Of a stretch of 64,000 nt of DNA, positions 39,980 through 53,987 are shown in pieces. Under the pieces are notes generated by a model. That model searched no databases. It was not told where the DNA came from and worked only from the letters and a program-made list of their open reading frames with translations. This stretch comes from Octopus sinensis. Its lineage: Eukaryota. The position numbers were made by a program, and so were the translations under genes. The stretch lies in NCBI RefSeq assembly GCF_006345805.1, contig NC_043013.1, forward strand, positions 41,540,001 through 41,604,000. The letters run 5' to 3'. Position 1 is the first letter of the stretch. Each line of letters opens with the position of its first letter.

Positions 39980-40033
<54 letters not shown>

Positions 40034-40047
40034 CATACACACACACA

Positions 40048-40102
<55 letters not shown>

Positions 40103-40109
40103 ATATATG

Positions 40110-40730
40110 ATGGCCGCCCGCTCGTGACCGAGGAATATTACTGCTGTCCTTCAGGAACATTGTGCGCTTTAGGACTAATATTTTGCATTTGCGGCTGCGT
40201 TGGTGGCTAATGAGCCCTGCTCTTGACAAGCATACACGACTGCAAACATTGCAGTCCAAGCTTTCCCCATTCACTACACCACCAGTGTGCTATTGAGCAG
40301 CACGCGTAAGTTCTTCATGCAGAATACGTGATCTCTCAGAAGTGTCGACCCCCACCTTAACCTGCTTCCTCCATCTGATACGATGAGAGGCATTGCTGTC
40401 CCTGTCAGTCTCCTGCGTATCACAGCCCTTTAATGAGGACTTAACACAGTCCTTAAATAGCAGCCTTGGTTTCTGCCTGGGTCTCCTCCATTCACATGTT
40501 TCCCATATAGCATTTGCTTAGGGATCCTGCAATCCTTCATTCTAATTAAGTGTTTAGTCCAACTTAGCCGGTGCTTGTGCACATCGTCTCAATACTCAAG
40601 ATATCAGCTGTCCTCAGGACCTGTGCGTCTGGAGCTTTTCAGGTCCAGCCAACAATCATAATGTGTCTGAGACAACTCTGATGAAAGCGTTCAAGGACGT
40701 TTGTAAAGGGTCCATGACTCACATGAGTAA
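40110..40730 (-). mobile_element. RTE/BovB-like LINE 3' fragment
   Basis: RFHQSCLRHI, RMKDCRIPKQMLYG, KPRLLFKDCVK, and C-terminal C2H2 CNVCSRVCLSRAGLISHQR. Confidence 0.88.
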
Positions 40731-40781
40731 AGGAGCAATATCAGTATATATATACCCATATACACATGTTTATATACATAT

Positions 40782-40851
<70 letters not shown>

Positions 40852-40919
40852 TATATATATATATATATTATTGATATACATATATATATAACTTCTGTAT
40901 GTGTATGTATGTGCGTGCG

Positions 40920-40950
<31 letters not shown>

Positions 40951-41559
40951 TTGTGTGTGTGTATGTGTGTGTGTGCGTCCGTGTGTGTGTGTGTGTGTTA
41001 TAAATTAGAGCGAACAGTAAACTTTACCAGCAGGTGGCGCCCTCATATGACAGCTTGTTTCACTGTAAATGATATAGGAGAAGATAGAGGTCAGTCACTT
41101 GCAACTATTCTACGTAATAGAACAGATATATCATCAAGACAACCCATCCGTGACCAGATGTCATTTCATTCCGGACATAATATATTCAGAATTACACTTA
41201 TCAAATTTCGATTTTTTTAAAGTGTCGCTTTTTGATAGATATTTGGTATCTATTTCTGGTGGGTCAGACAAACACTTTGAGTTGTTGACCGATAGCATAA
41301 TAGGAACTGAAGCTCCCCCAGTAATATCTGTGTATGTGCCTGTTCATCTGTGTATCTCTATATCTGTCTGCTTATCTCTCTCTCTTCCTCTCACTCTCTC
41401 TATCTTTCTTTCTCTGTTTCTGTCTCGCTCTCGCTTTCTCTCTCGCTCTCGCTTTCTCTCTCGCTCTCTCTTCATGTACCATGTCCCTTTTACAGTCGTC
41501 AGCAATCATGAATCTCCCTAACAAAATTTGAAGATTCGTGAGTTTCCGTAGGTAAAAAT

Positions 41560-41570
41560 ACAGCAGTGGT

Positions 41571-41607
<37 letters not shown>

Positions 41608-41633
41608 CGATAGCTCAAGCCCACTCATGGGCG
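41560..41633 (+). pseudogene. tRNA-Asn(GTT)-derived sequence with a broken acceptor stem, followed by the SINE C tail
   Basis: gtggtgcaatcggttagcgcgttcggctGTTaaccgaaaggtcgatagctcaagcccac matches eukaryotic tRNA-Asn D and anticodon arms. The acceptor strands do not pair. Confidence 0.85.
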
Positions 41634-41869
41634 GCTGAAACTTTAAAAGGCGGTGCTCCAGGATGGCCACAGCCAAATGACTGAAACAAGTAAAAGAATG
41701 ATTTACCCGTCACCTTCTATCGGTTTACTCTCCCGAGCTCACTCTTGAGGCACAAGTTATATCTAACCTTTAGGCAGATGGACATCACGACGTATCCACA
41801 CACGCCTGTTTAACATGTCTTGTGGCCAGCCAACCTCTGGGTCCCCTATGCACGAGCTATAGAAGATCA

Positions 41870-42023
41870 TCTGCTATTTGATCCCAAACTGGTTTACTAT
41901 TCAGTTCAAATTATCGAACGCGTAATTACATTAAATTACTGGTTACGATCTTTAGGTGAAACATTGAACTGCCTTTTGCGAACAGTCTTTCTATTTGACA
42001 CCAAATTGGGGTCAAATAGCAGA
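41870..42023. mobile_element. Small MITE-like hairpin
   Basis: tctgctatttgatcccaaactggt vs accaaattggggtcaaatagcaga; inner cagttcaa/ttgaactg. Confidence 0.65.
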
Positions 42024-42139
42024 AATCTTGACAGGCACTATCACATCTGGGAATACGGGTGATTAAGGGGAAATTCTACACTACCCACCAAAATTGCTCG
42101 TCCGTATTAGAGCATCACCACAAGATTCATTATAATCCT

Positions 42140-42820
42140 TTCCACTATAGGCACAAGGCATGAAATTTTAGTACGAGAGAACTAGTCGATTACATTGACC
42201 CCAATCTTTCACTGGTACTTAATTCATCGATCCCGGAAGGATGAAAGGTAAAGTCGAACTCCGCGGAATTTGAAGTCAGAACGGAGCAACGGGCGAAATA
42301 CCTAATTCTTTACTACCCACAAGGGGCTAAACACAGAGAGGACAAACAAGCACAGACAGACGAATTAAGTCGATTATATCGACCCCAGTGCGTTACTGGT
42401 ACTTATTTAATCGACCCCGAAAGGATGAAGGGCAAAGTCGACCTCGGCGGAATTTGAACTCAGAACGTAGCGGCAGACGAAATACCGCTAAGCGGTTCGC
42501 CGGGCTTGCTAACGTTTCTGCCAGCTCGCTGCCTAAATGACAGGAGTACCAACAACAACAATCATAGCAATAAGATCAAAACCAACAACAACATTAATAA
42601 TAAGATCGATTTCAAATTTTGGCACACATCCAACGATTTCGGGGGAGAGGATAAGGCGATTACATCGACCCCAGTGTTTAACTGGTACTTATTTTGTCGA
42701 CCTCCGAAGGATAAAAAGCGAAATCGAACTCCGCAGAATTTGAACTCAAAACGTAGAGATGGATGAAATGTCGTTATGCATTTTGCTTGGCCTCCTAACA
42801 ATTCTGCCAGTTCACAGCCT
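42140..42820 (-). mobile_element. Three SINE family A copies in the same orientation
   Basis: Copies at ~42140-42302, 42303-42535 and 42605-42820. Confidence 0.92.
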
Positions 42821-42845
42821 TAATTCTAATTATAATAATAATAAC

Positions 42846-43294
42846 AATAAGTGGACCCAGAGACCGCAAACCTCCACCAGTGTAACACCAACGTCCTCTC
42901 AACGATTAGCCGGAGATGATTTTTAAAATGAGAATATTCGAAATAAACTCGACTGCTCTCACAAACGAAAATACTAAAAATGAACCTAACCGCTCTCAAA
43001 AATAAGTAAAAAGAAACAGGAAAAGTAATCCAGAATCGTTGTCCTGTAGCAGATCGATCCCAGAAGCTAATCAATTCGTGCCAGTCGCGAGGTCACACAT
43101 GCCTGAAAGTTTTATTCGAATCCATCCAGTGGTTCTTGAGATATCTTGTCCATGGACAAACAAACAAGAAAACAAGCAAACGCGACTGAAAACAATACCT
43201 CCGCCTTCGCGAATGCGGAGGTAATAATTAAAAAAAAAAGAGCAACGAGAAGAACAGTAACAACAAACTCAGCAACAACAGCAGCAGCAACAAT

Positions 43295-43326
<32 letters not shown>

Positions 43327-43994
43327 CGATTGAAAATCAACAACAACTGCAATAACGAGTAAAAATACTAACTGCTGCAACAGTAATATGAAAACTGTAG
43401 AAGAACTGAATATTACTAAGAAATTATTTGAAAAACTAGATGAGGAAATTTCTGGGTGCATTTAAGAATCTCACAGAATAATAATAATAACAATAATAAT
43501 AATAATAATAATGATAATAATAATAATAATAATATATAATAATAATAATAAGTGGACCCAGAGACCGCAAACCTCCACCAGTGTAACACCAACGTCCTCT
43601 CAACGATTAGCCGGAGATGATTTTTAAAATGAGAATATTCGAAATAAACTCGACTGCTCTCACAAACGAAAATACTAAAAATGAACCTAACCGCTCTCAA
43701 AAATAAGTAAAAGAAACAGGAAAAGTAATCCAGAATCGTTGTCCTGTAGCAGATCGATCCCAGAAGCTAATCAATTCGTGCCAGTCGCGAGGTCACACAT
43801 GCCTGAAAGTTTTATTCGAATCCATCCAGTGGTTCTTGAGATATCTTGTCCATGGACAAACAAACAAGAAAACAAGCAAACGCGACTGAAAACAATACCT
43901 CCGCCTTCGCGAATGCGGAGGTAATAATTAAAAAAAAAAGAGCAACGAGAAGAACAGTAACAACAAACTCAGCAACAACAGCAGCAGCAACAAT

Positions 43995-44026
<32 letters not shown>

Positions 44027-44180
44027 CGATTGAAAATCAACAACAACTGCAATAACGAGTAAAAATACTAACTGCTGCAACAGTAATATGAAAACTGTAG
44101 AAGAACTGAATATTACTAAGAAATTATTTGAAAAACTAGATGAGGAAATTTCTGGGTGCATTTAAGAATCTCACAGAATA
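42846..44180. repeat. Near-exact 700-bp tandem duplication, each unit containing a Helentron/HINE-like element
   Basis: 42851-43478 vs 43552-44178 differ, as far as I can see, by one A in a homopolymer. The element has 5' aacctcc and 3' palindrome tacctccgccttcgcgaatgcggaggta (ends ~43224 and ~43924). Confidence 0.93.
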
Positions 44181-44223
44181 ATAATAATAACAATATAATA
44201 ATAATAATAATGATAATAATAAT

Positions 44224-44255
<32 letters not shown>

Positions 44256-44394
44256 TAATAATAATAATAATAATATAATAATAACAATAATAATAATGAT
44301 ATTAATAATAATAATATAATAATAATAATAATAATAATAAAATAATAATAATAATAATAATAATGATAATAATAATAATAACATAATAATCATA

Positions 44395-44433
<39 letters not shown>

Positions 44434-44482
44434 TAATAATAATAATAATATAATAATAATAATAATGATAATAATAATAATG

Positions 44483-44531
<49 letters not shown>

Positions 44532-44790
44532 TAATAATAAAACAGACCCCTCTACAACTTACTTGAATTTTTAGATTAAATTGCTCGTCATTGATGAACA
44601 GAAGAAATATTGGCGTATCGATTCGGGCATTTCGGATGAAGCACACGATGTGATTAATTTTGCAGTAAAGTTTGTGAATAAGTAATGTCTGCTATATCTT
44701 CAATGCCATCCTCAATTACTCTGACGTAAAGTTAGTCCGTTTTGTTACGGCGTTGAAAAGCGTTGCCTCCAAACCCCCTCCGTTTCTTCC

Positions 44791-44827
<37 letters not shown>

Positions 44828-45035
44828 AAAAGGAAAAGAACTGCTGCACAGAAGATGGCGGGCTTTTCAGAGATAACTGAATGTCGCTCAGGCAGAGAAA
44901 ATTACAGGAAGTACTAAGAAGGACTGCGAATACATACATACATGTATGTATGTGTGTGTGTACATATATAATATATATATATATATATATTATATATTCA
45001 CACACATATATATTCACACATACATATATACACGC

Positions 45036-45069
<34 letters not shown>

Positions 45070-45128
45070 CTATATATATATATATATCTTCACACACACA
45101 TATATTCACACATGCATATATGCATGCA

Positions 45129-45249
<121 letters not shown>

Positions 45250-47159
45250 TGAGTGTGTCTGAGTGTCTATCTGTCTGTGTGTCTGTGTGTCTGTGCATCA
45301 ATTTTAATCGCGTTTCGTTTTCTTCTAGTCTTTTCTCCTCTTTTCTCATAGACTAAAATCCCGTTTTTTTTTTCTAAGTACATCTAACTTCTTGAACTGA
45401 ACTTGATTGATTACTTAGAGATACATGGCATGTTATAAAAACCTGCCAATTTAATGTATCTCAAAGCATGAAACTATTAGCAGCTCTTTTGTAAATGGTG
45501 TATATTGAATTATGTGCGCGCGCGCATGTGTGTGTGTTGTGTGTGTGTGTGTGTGTGTGTGTGCATATATAAATAACACAAAGTTCAGGAACAATAATAA
45601 TTTATTGACGTCGAAGGTTCTAGGGTTTCCTTTTCACATATTGAAGTTAGATAACTCTTTTTCTTAAAAATTAGGTTTAAAATATCTGGGGGTTTCTTAT
45701 ATATGTATAGTATTATATTCCCTTAGAAAATCTTGTTTTCAAATTTTAAGTCTCCAAAATTAAGGGGTTCGTTATACACGCTTATAAACACGGTATATAT
45801 TTATTAATTTTTTGCAAGGAATATTTTGACAACATTGAAATTTTGGCTCATCTTCAGACTGTATAATCCCGGGGTTATTTTAAATGTCTTCTTCCATTCC
45901 TCACTGCTGTATATGTGGCCACATTAATGGATTTGCGTGTATGAACATATATACACACATACATACACACACATACATACATAAGTACATACGTACATAC
46001 ATAGATACAAACATACATACATAAGTACATACGTACATACATAGATACAAACATACATATATACGTGTACGTACATGAATGCATGCATACATACGTAAGT
46101 ACGTACATACATACATACATTCACACATACATATATACATACATACATGCATACATACATACATATATATATATACACATATATACATACATACATACAT
46201 ACACATACTTACATACACACATGCACATTCAAAGACTACAGATCCAATCCATCACTGGAAGTGTAAAAATCTGTAAAACTTTCCAGAAGTTTATCATTTA
46301 AATATATGAGCGTGTCTCGATATACAGGTATATGCATGAGAATTCATTCATAAAACATACAAATCTGCACATGCATACGTACATACATGCAAAAATACCC
46401 TGTTGTTGACGTTGAAATTCTAATGAAGGAGCCTTGTGGCTAGGTTAGAAACTGGTTCTTTCTTTATTGGCAAGAAATCTTGAAAGAAACTGAATAATGA
46501 CATACATAGATACATACTTACATGGTGTTCTCCGACTCGTAGACGAATCAGATCGCTACTAATAAATTATCTTATCTTAGATGTTAAAGACTGAGTATCA
46601 GTCGTGTTCGTACTGCGATTTAAAGTCAATATCCTCCTGTATAACACCGATGGGCTTCTCACCGTTAAAGCTAAGTATTCCAGAAACAAGAGCAAGGTTT
46701 GCGTCTTCGCAATGCAGTGGTTGTAGGACGATTTGTCACTGCCAACTGTTAGACGACTATTGGCTTTACTGGTTTTATCAGTCCTTTAATAGGTCTAATT
46801 TTTCGTCCTTCAGGGTGACCAACGAAACAACCCTGCTTAGCAAACGGACTTGGTGGGGTTGGCGATATAATCGCCGAAGACCCGAACATACGTTGGTTTG
46901 CTCAAGGTCATATGCTACAAGTAGCACTTGGAGCGACCTGACTCATATAGACAGACAAACAAGCAGGCAGGCAGACAGGCAAGCAGGCAGGCAGACAGAC
47001 GCACAAACATGCATACATGCAAACGTACATACATACATACATACATATATGTATGCATGCATTCGTTCATACATACGTACATACATATATAGATACATAC
47101 AGACACACATACACAGGCAGACAGTGAGACACACGGACAAACAGAGACACACACACACA

Positions 47160-47880
47160 CATCATCATCATCATTGTTCGACCGTGGTCGAGACAATGGA
47201 ATTTACCATGTTGCGCCAGACTTCACGGTCCATCATAGCATTACGGAGGTCCTGTTGCTGGATGCCTGTATCCCTGGAGATTACATCAGGGTAGGAGAGT
47301 GTGCGCCCTCTGGTGTTGCGAGTAGATGGCTTCCAGAGGAGAAGAGTAGAAATTACTTCTTTTTCAGCTCTACAACAATGTCCAGCAAACTGGACTCTCC
47401 TACCCTTCACAAGAGATGACACAGGTGGTAATTTCCCATATATTTGCATTTTAGTTGGATGGCGCCTCCACGAGAGATTTTGAGCTCTCATAAGGAGGCG
47501 AGTGTAGGTTCCATCCAACCGCCTCTCAAGCTTCTTTGATAACGTCCAGGTTTCTGAGCCATATAGTAGATTGGTTCGACTGTGGCTTTGAATATTTCAA
47601 GTTTGAAGTCTCTACTTAGATTTGATGACCAGATCTTATGCATGTCATTACAGGCTGACCAGGCTATACCCTTTCTAGTTAGAAAGTCTTTTCCAGATGA
47701 TGATTTGTATGACCCAAGATATTTATAATCAGAAACCATATTTAAAGGTGCACTGTTGAGAGTGTGGATGATGCAATCACTGTTGGACAGGCACTTGTTT
47801 ATGTATTCAGTTTTGGTCTCATTGAGGTAAAGACCTACACAATTTGAGGCTTGTTCAAGAGATTGTAAAAGAGACAATCT
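47160..47880 (-). mobile_element. RTE-clade LINE, 5'-truncated, with (TGA)n tail
   Basis: GLYLNETKTEYI, DYKYLGSY, FKATVEPI, DGTYTRLL, RRVQFAGHCCR, DREVWR, then stop and tgatgatg. Confidence 0.93.
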
Positions 47881-48369
47881 CTTTTACAATCTCACACACA
47901 CACAGTCAGACATGCATTCGCACGAACTTACATTCATAGATACATACATATGCGCATGCTCGCATACATACATGCAAACATACATACATTTGAGAAATTT
48001 GGCAGGATGGTCATTCGCCCGCTGACATTCGTTGACGCTTCATCGAAGTAACCAAAGAACAAAGGAGAAAGAAGAAACATACTCAATACTAGAGCTGAAG
48101 ACACCTCCGAAAGTGGGTGGGTCGCCATGTCGAAAATGGTAGAGGAGTAGGGGCCGAAACACGACGTGGTTCCTCCTCATGATGTCTTTAGCCACTGGAT
48201 CCTATAAAGGAACTGTTGAGGTAGCGAAGCACGAAACGTGGTTGGAATACTGTTATGTCGCACGTTGCCATGACCTCTACTCAACTCCTCGACGTCTAGA
48301 CTTCTCCCTCTATCTCTACGTATTGGGCTAGCCTACTTCATCGTCTGGGGGCGTCCACATAACAAATAC

Positions 48370-49090
48370 CTTCCTACACACACACACACTCACATACATA
48401 CATACATACATACATACATACATACATACATACATACATACATACATACATACGTACATACATACATAAATACATACATGCGTACATTCATACATACATA
48501 CGTACATACATATATACACGCGTGTAAACATGTATATATATACATGCACGCATACATACATACATACATATATATACACACACATACATGCATATATACA
48601 TACATACATACGTATATACAAGCACATACACACATACATACACTCAGACATGCATACTTACATACATACACATATACATACACTCACACACGCATACATA
48701 CATACATACATACATACATACATACATACATACATACATACGTACGTACATACATACATACATAAATACATACATGCGTACATACATACATACATACATA
48801 CATACATACGTACATACATATATACACGCGTGCAAACATGTATACATATACATGCATGCATACATACATACATACACACACATACATACATACATACGTA
48901 TATACAAGCACATACACACATACATACATACACTCAAGCATGCATACTTACATACATACACATATACATACACTCACACATGCATACTTGTATACATACA
49001 TACATACATACATACATACATACATACATTCATGCATACATACATACATACACACACACACATACATCATATACGCGTACATGCATACAT
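48370..49090. repeat. (CATA)n region with an internal ~290-bp duplication
   Basis: tatatacacgcgtg...caagcacatacacacatacatacactca...catgcatacttacatacatacacatatacatacactcacac occurs at ~48510-48690 and ~48820-48980. Confidence 0.85.
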
Positions 49091-50029
49091 ACATATGCTA
49101 TATCATTCATTCATCTCTTCACTTTACATTTTTTTCTCGTTCTGGTTACAGAGTTCTTTCTTCTATTTATTTCTCTTCTCCTTTCCAGCGCGCAGATAAT
49201 TAATATTCCATACCAATCATACGAAGAAAATCAAAGATAAGTCGAAGTCACATTCTCTATATTATATATACCTAAAGGGTTCTTTCGACATAAAAATCCG
49301 AATTGACCGTTGCCCTCTTGCACCTTAAATAGTCATTTGATCTTCATTAGTGTGATACCTGGTCATGTAGATTATAAACTCGGCAGTATATCACATATTA
49401 ATTTGATTCCGACAAAAGAGAATTTCATTAATGCCAGAAACATCTTTTTCTTCCTTTTTTCGATTAAGAAATGTATTTAAATTTTGACGGATTAAACGGA
49501 ATAAGTATCTTTATTGACTCGTTCCTTTGATTTCATTTAATCCTGTAGCCTTATATCTCGTGCCAAACATATTTCTTATATCTTATGCCAAATTTTAAAG
49601 AACTTTACTTTGACATGTGTGCGCGCGTGTGTGGAATGTATATACGTACGTATTTATGTATGCGTGAACGTATGCGGTGAGTTTAATAACTTGACAAGTA
49701 TCGAAAGAACTCAACTGAGGTGAAGACTAAAGTATTTACTTGTTTGTAGATATAACACAGTTGTGCGTTTGCAGAATAATATTCGGTTTCGTGTAAGAAA
49801 AAGACCGCTATGGGATTGACGAAAAACCTAACACTCACAAGACCTGTCTAAATAAAACTAGAATAAATAATTCAATACGGTTTCTTCCATTTCTAGTTCT
49901 TAACCCCTTCGTCCGTATTCTGCACTCCCTTTTTGCTTCTTTCTTTTATATACGATCTATATTTGTCTTCCAAAATGACCCCTTTTATCATCCTCTAGTT
50001 TTTCTGAAACACTATGGTTATATCCTATT

Positions 50030-50440
50030 TCTTTACTACTCACAAGGGGCTAAACACAGAGGAGACAAACAAGGACAGACAGCCGGATTAAGTCGATTAT
50101 ATCGACCCCAGTGCGTAACTGGTACTTAATTTATCGACCCCAAAAGGATGAAAGGCAAAGTCGACCTCGGTGGAATTTGAACTCAGAACATAGCGGCAGA
50201 CGAAATACCTATTTCTTTACTATCCACATGGGGCTAAACACAAAGGAGATAAATAAGGACAGACAAACGGATTAAGTCGATTACATCGACCCCAGTGCGT
50301 AACTGGTACTTAATTTATCAACCTCGAAAGGATGAACGGCAAAGTCGACCTCGGCGGAATTTGAACTCAGAACGTAACGGCAGACGAAATACGGCTACGC
50401 ATTTCGCCCGGCGTGCTAACGTTTCTACCAGCTCGCCGCC
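50030..50440 (-). mobile_element. SINE family A head-to-tail dimer
   Basis: Two copies joined at gacgaaatacc|tatttcttt (~50210). Confidence 0.93.
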
Positions 50441-50454
50441 TATAACCTGAAACT

Positions 50455-50847
50455 GTGGAGGCGCAATGGCCCAGTGGTTAGGGCAGCGGACTCGCGGTCG
50501 TAGGATCGCGCTTTCGATTCCCAGACCGGGCGTTGTGAGTGTTTATTGAGCGAAAACACCTAAAGCTCCACGAGGCTCCGGCAGGGATGGTGGTGATCCC
50601 TGCTGTACTCTTTCACCACAACTTTCTCTCACTCTTACTTCCTGTTTCTGTTGTACCTGTATTTCAAAGGGCCGGCCTTGTCACTCTCTGTGTCACGCTC
50701 AATATCCCCGAGAACTACGTTAAGGGTACAGGTGTCTGTGGAGTGCTCAGCCACTTACACGTTAGTTTTACGAGCAGGCTATTCCGTTGATCGGATCAAC
50801 CGGAACCCTCGTCGTCGTAACCGACGGAGTGCAAAGAAAAAGAAGAG
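50455..50847 (+). mobile_element. SINE family B, full length with 10-bp TSD
   Basis: TSD aacctgaaac at 50444-50453 and 50848-50857. Confidence 0.95.
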
Positions 50848-51220
50848 AACCTGAAACCAAGATGCCTTTACCAAAAAATCATCCTCTCGCGTCACACAAA
50901 CTACGAGATTATTACCTTTTTAGAACAATCTTTTGATCAATTCTTGATTTGTTTTCATAAGTAGCGCACACTTATCATGCACGGTACAAGGGTAGTGATC
51001 ACCGCTAAATACTACATAAGAGTTAAACCATCGACACACGTAAACTATTCGTTTCAGATAGAATTTTAAAGGCGGCAGAACTGAAATATTTCTTTGGTGT
51101 TCAAACACGTGGGAAGATAGCAAAGATTTTACCAGACGCATATACGATCTGTTTTTTGCAACCTGCATATAAATATTTGTTTTATACTCGTGTGTATGTG
51201 TGTGTGTGTGTACGTATGTG

Positions 51221-51261
<41 letters not shown>

Positions 51262-51310
51262 ACGTATGTGTATGTATATATATGTATTTAATGTAAGTAC
51301 GTATGTCAAT

Positions 51311-51344
<34 letters not shown>

Positions 51345-51859
51345 GGGTACGCATGTGTATATATATATATATCAATGTATATATATATATGTGTGTGTGT
51401 GTACGTATGTATATGTTTATATATGTATGTAATGTGAGTACGTATGTATATATATATATATATATATACATACATGTATGTGGGTACGTATGAGTATGTA
51501 TGTATATATATCAATATAAATATATATATGTGTGTGGTGTGTGTGTGTGTGTGTGTGTCTGTGTGTGTATGTATATGTGTATTTATGTATGTATGTATAT
51601 AGTTCCTTTTTAATTGTAGAACCTGGAATAGATAAACCTAAAAATAATACATGAATGAAGGCTACTTTCCACCGCAACTATTCCAAAGGTCTTTTAGCAC
51701 AATATTTATATGCTAATATTTAAAGCATTATCAACTTCGAGCTTTACAGTTAAAACCCAATTATTTCGCGTCTCTCGAAGTTTCTAAATTTGAATGAATG
51801 GAGGGACACACGGACAGAGAGACAGGCAGACAGACAGATTGATTGATGGATAGATATGT

Positions 51860-52340
51860 TTCTTTATTAGTCACACAGGGCTGCACACAGACGGGACAGA
51901 TTACAAAGTAGAGCTTTTCTTTTTGGGGGAGAGAAAAGAAAAAAGAGGTGGGTTAGGATTTCAATCAAAAAGGATCGTAAAAGAGAAGGAAGAAAAGAAA
52001 AGGTGGGGAAAGAAAACGATCAATAGGGATCATGTATCACAGTGACATGGTGTAAAGTGTGAAGGGGGAAGCAGATAAGGTTTATCCGTGGGAAGAAAAA
52101 GCCTACGGAAAAAACCACGGTAAACTCGGTCAATATTGTTACATGTTACCACCTTTGTTTGCAAGTAGGTAAGGTTCAATCAATAGGGATCTGTCGGTTG
52201 TGTGGTGTATAAAAATATAATATATATATATATAAATAAAGTTCACAGATTAGGTGTAGCCTTGGAAAGAAAAACCTACAAAAATGACCAAGGTCACCTC
52301 AGACAGTTCGAAAATGAACACATGAGTAAGTCGCCTTACC
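51860..52340 (-). repeat. Probable LINE 3' UTR-type repeat with an internal duplication
   Basis: tcaatagggatc and aaa(g/a)cctac blocks recur; the family assignment is uncertain. Confidence 0.35.
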
Positions 52341-53022
52341 TCTCGTTGTCTCTTTTGGTCACAGATTTACGCTTAAAATAGTGTCGTCTTTCATACTGAC
52401 CAGTTTTGCCGCTTGTATATAGATTATGAATGTGAATGTAAATGAACTTGATATAGTCAAACGGTTAAGAAGTCTGTTATGCAATCATAACGTTTCAGGT
52501 CCAATGCCGATTCGGTGCACAGACGTAGATGTGAAATGATTCGGTGCACAGAAGCAGATGCAAAATGGCTATTATGCTATATATAGTTGAGACATAATGT
52601 TTTTACGATTCGGAAACTTGAAGTTCCGTCCAGGAAACGAAATTTGAAATTTCTTGGTTAAAACGTAATGACACGACGAATATAATATAGATATCAAAAT
52701 AATATATAATTACGTGATATAGTTGATTTTTATCTAGTAAATTCTAGCCAAGTCGTGAAAACAAATTCTGGATCAACTTAACTATCTATGAATGAAAAAG
52801 ATATTCTGAAAATAATGTCAGAAAAAAAAAAAATGTCATGAAATCTCCAATGTGAATAGTAATCACATTATTGGCTTTAAAAGGAAATGATTTTCTTAAT
52901 GTAAGATCACACACAACAATAGACAGTAGACACGTCTTCACACCCCTATATATCTCTATCTCTATCTCCGCGCGGCTGTGTCTGAGTGAGTGTGCGTGTG
53001 TGTAGGGGGGGGGGGGCTTGTA

Positions 53023-53076
<54 letters not shown>

Positions 53077-53169
53077 CATATGTATGTGTGTGCATATATA
53101 TAGATATATATTCACACACATATATACACATATATATATACACACACACATACATATGTATGTATTCAT

Positions 53170-53260
53170 TTCTTTTACTTACTTGTCGACCCCAGAACTT
53201 ATTCTTTGTAAGCCTAGAACTTATTCTATCGGCTTCTTTTGCCGAACCGCTAGATTACGG
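53170..53260 (-). mobile_element. SINE family C 3' fragment
   Basis: gaccccagaacttattctttgtaagcctagaacttattctatc...gccgaaccgctag. Confidence 0.8.
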
Positions 53261-53469
53261 CAACCTACTCTTTCTTTGTCATTCGTAATGCTTATGTCGA
53301 ATGTGACATTTGAGTCTCGCCAACGATTTGCAAAAAACCCCACAGATGTTGCAAGTATGAGGATTACGGGTCAGTGCAGGCGGTACGACATATTAGCAGC
53401 CGCTTTTCTCCTTTGCCTTTCACCCCTAAGCCTATTAATGCTGGTTGCAACAAAGTCTCTCGCACTATT

Positions 53470-53735
53470 TTGACAATGATCTTCATTTTGTTCGTTCCAA
53501 GACTGTTTGCTCAAAGATGCTGGGAGCTACTTGACTACTGGAAGCTTACTCCGAGCCATGGTCGACCAGCATTCCAGTGCCTACTATCAAGCTGGCTCTT
53601 CACGAGGAGTTTGGGTATACTTTCGTCATTCATTCTGACGACATGACCATCACAGCGCGATTGCGACTGCATAAGGAAGCTCTCGATTCCACCAATTGCT
53701 AAAAAAAAGTCAGCATTAGAAACTCTGATTCCAGA
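53470..53735 (-). mobile_element. RTE/BovB-like LINE fragment
   Basis: GIESFLMQSQSRCDGHVVRMNDESIPKLL...GRP. Confidence 0.8.
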
Positions 53736-53812
53736 GAGGAAAAGATAGATTAACACACAGAGAGAAAGAGAGAGAGCTAAACAAACAGACACACACATAC
53801 ACACACAGAGGT

Positions 53813-53987
<175 letters not shown>

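Larger units (their letters stand above)
37291..39983. mobile_element. Penelope-like element insertion: ~790/885-bp inverted arms around an RT fragment
   Basis: 37291-38078 is the reverse complement of ~39098-39983. The arms carry 2 and 3 copies of a 102-bp unit respectively. Confidence 0.93.

Noticed and set aside
48080-48360. Several partial HHR-like strings (CTGAAGA CACC..GGTG; CTGTTGA..GAAAC)
   Set aside because: No single motif has core, stem I and stem III together.
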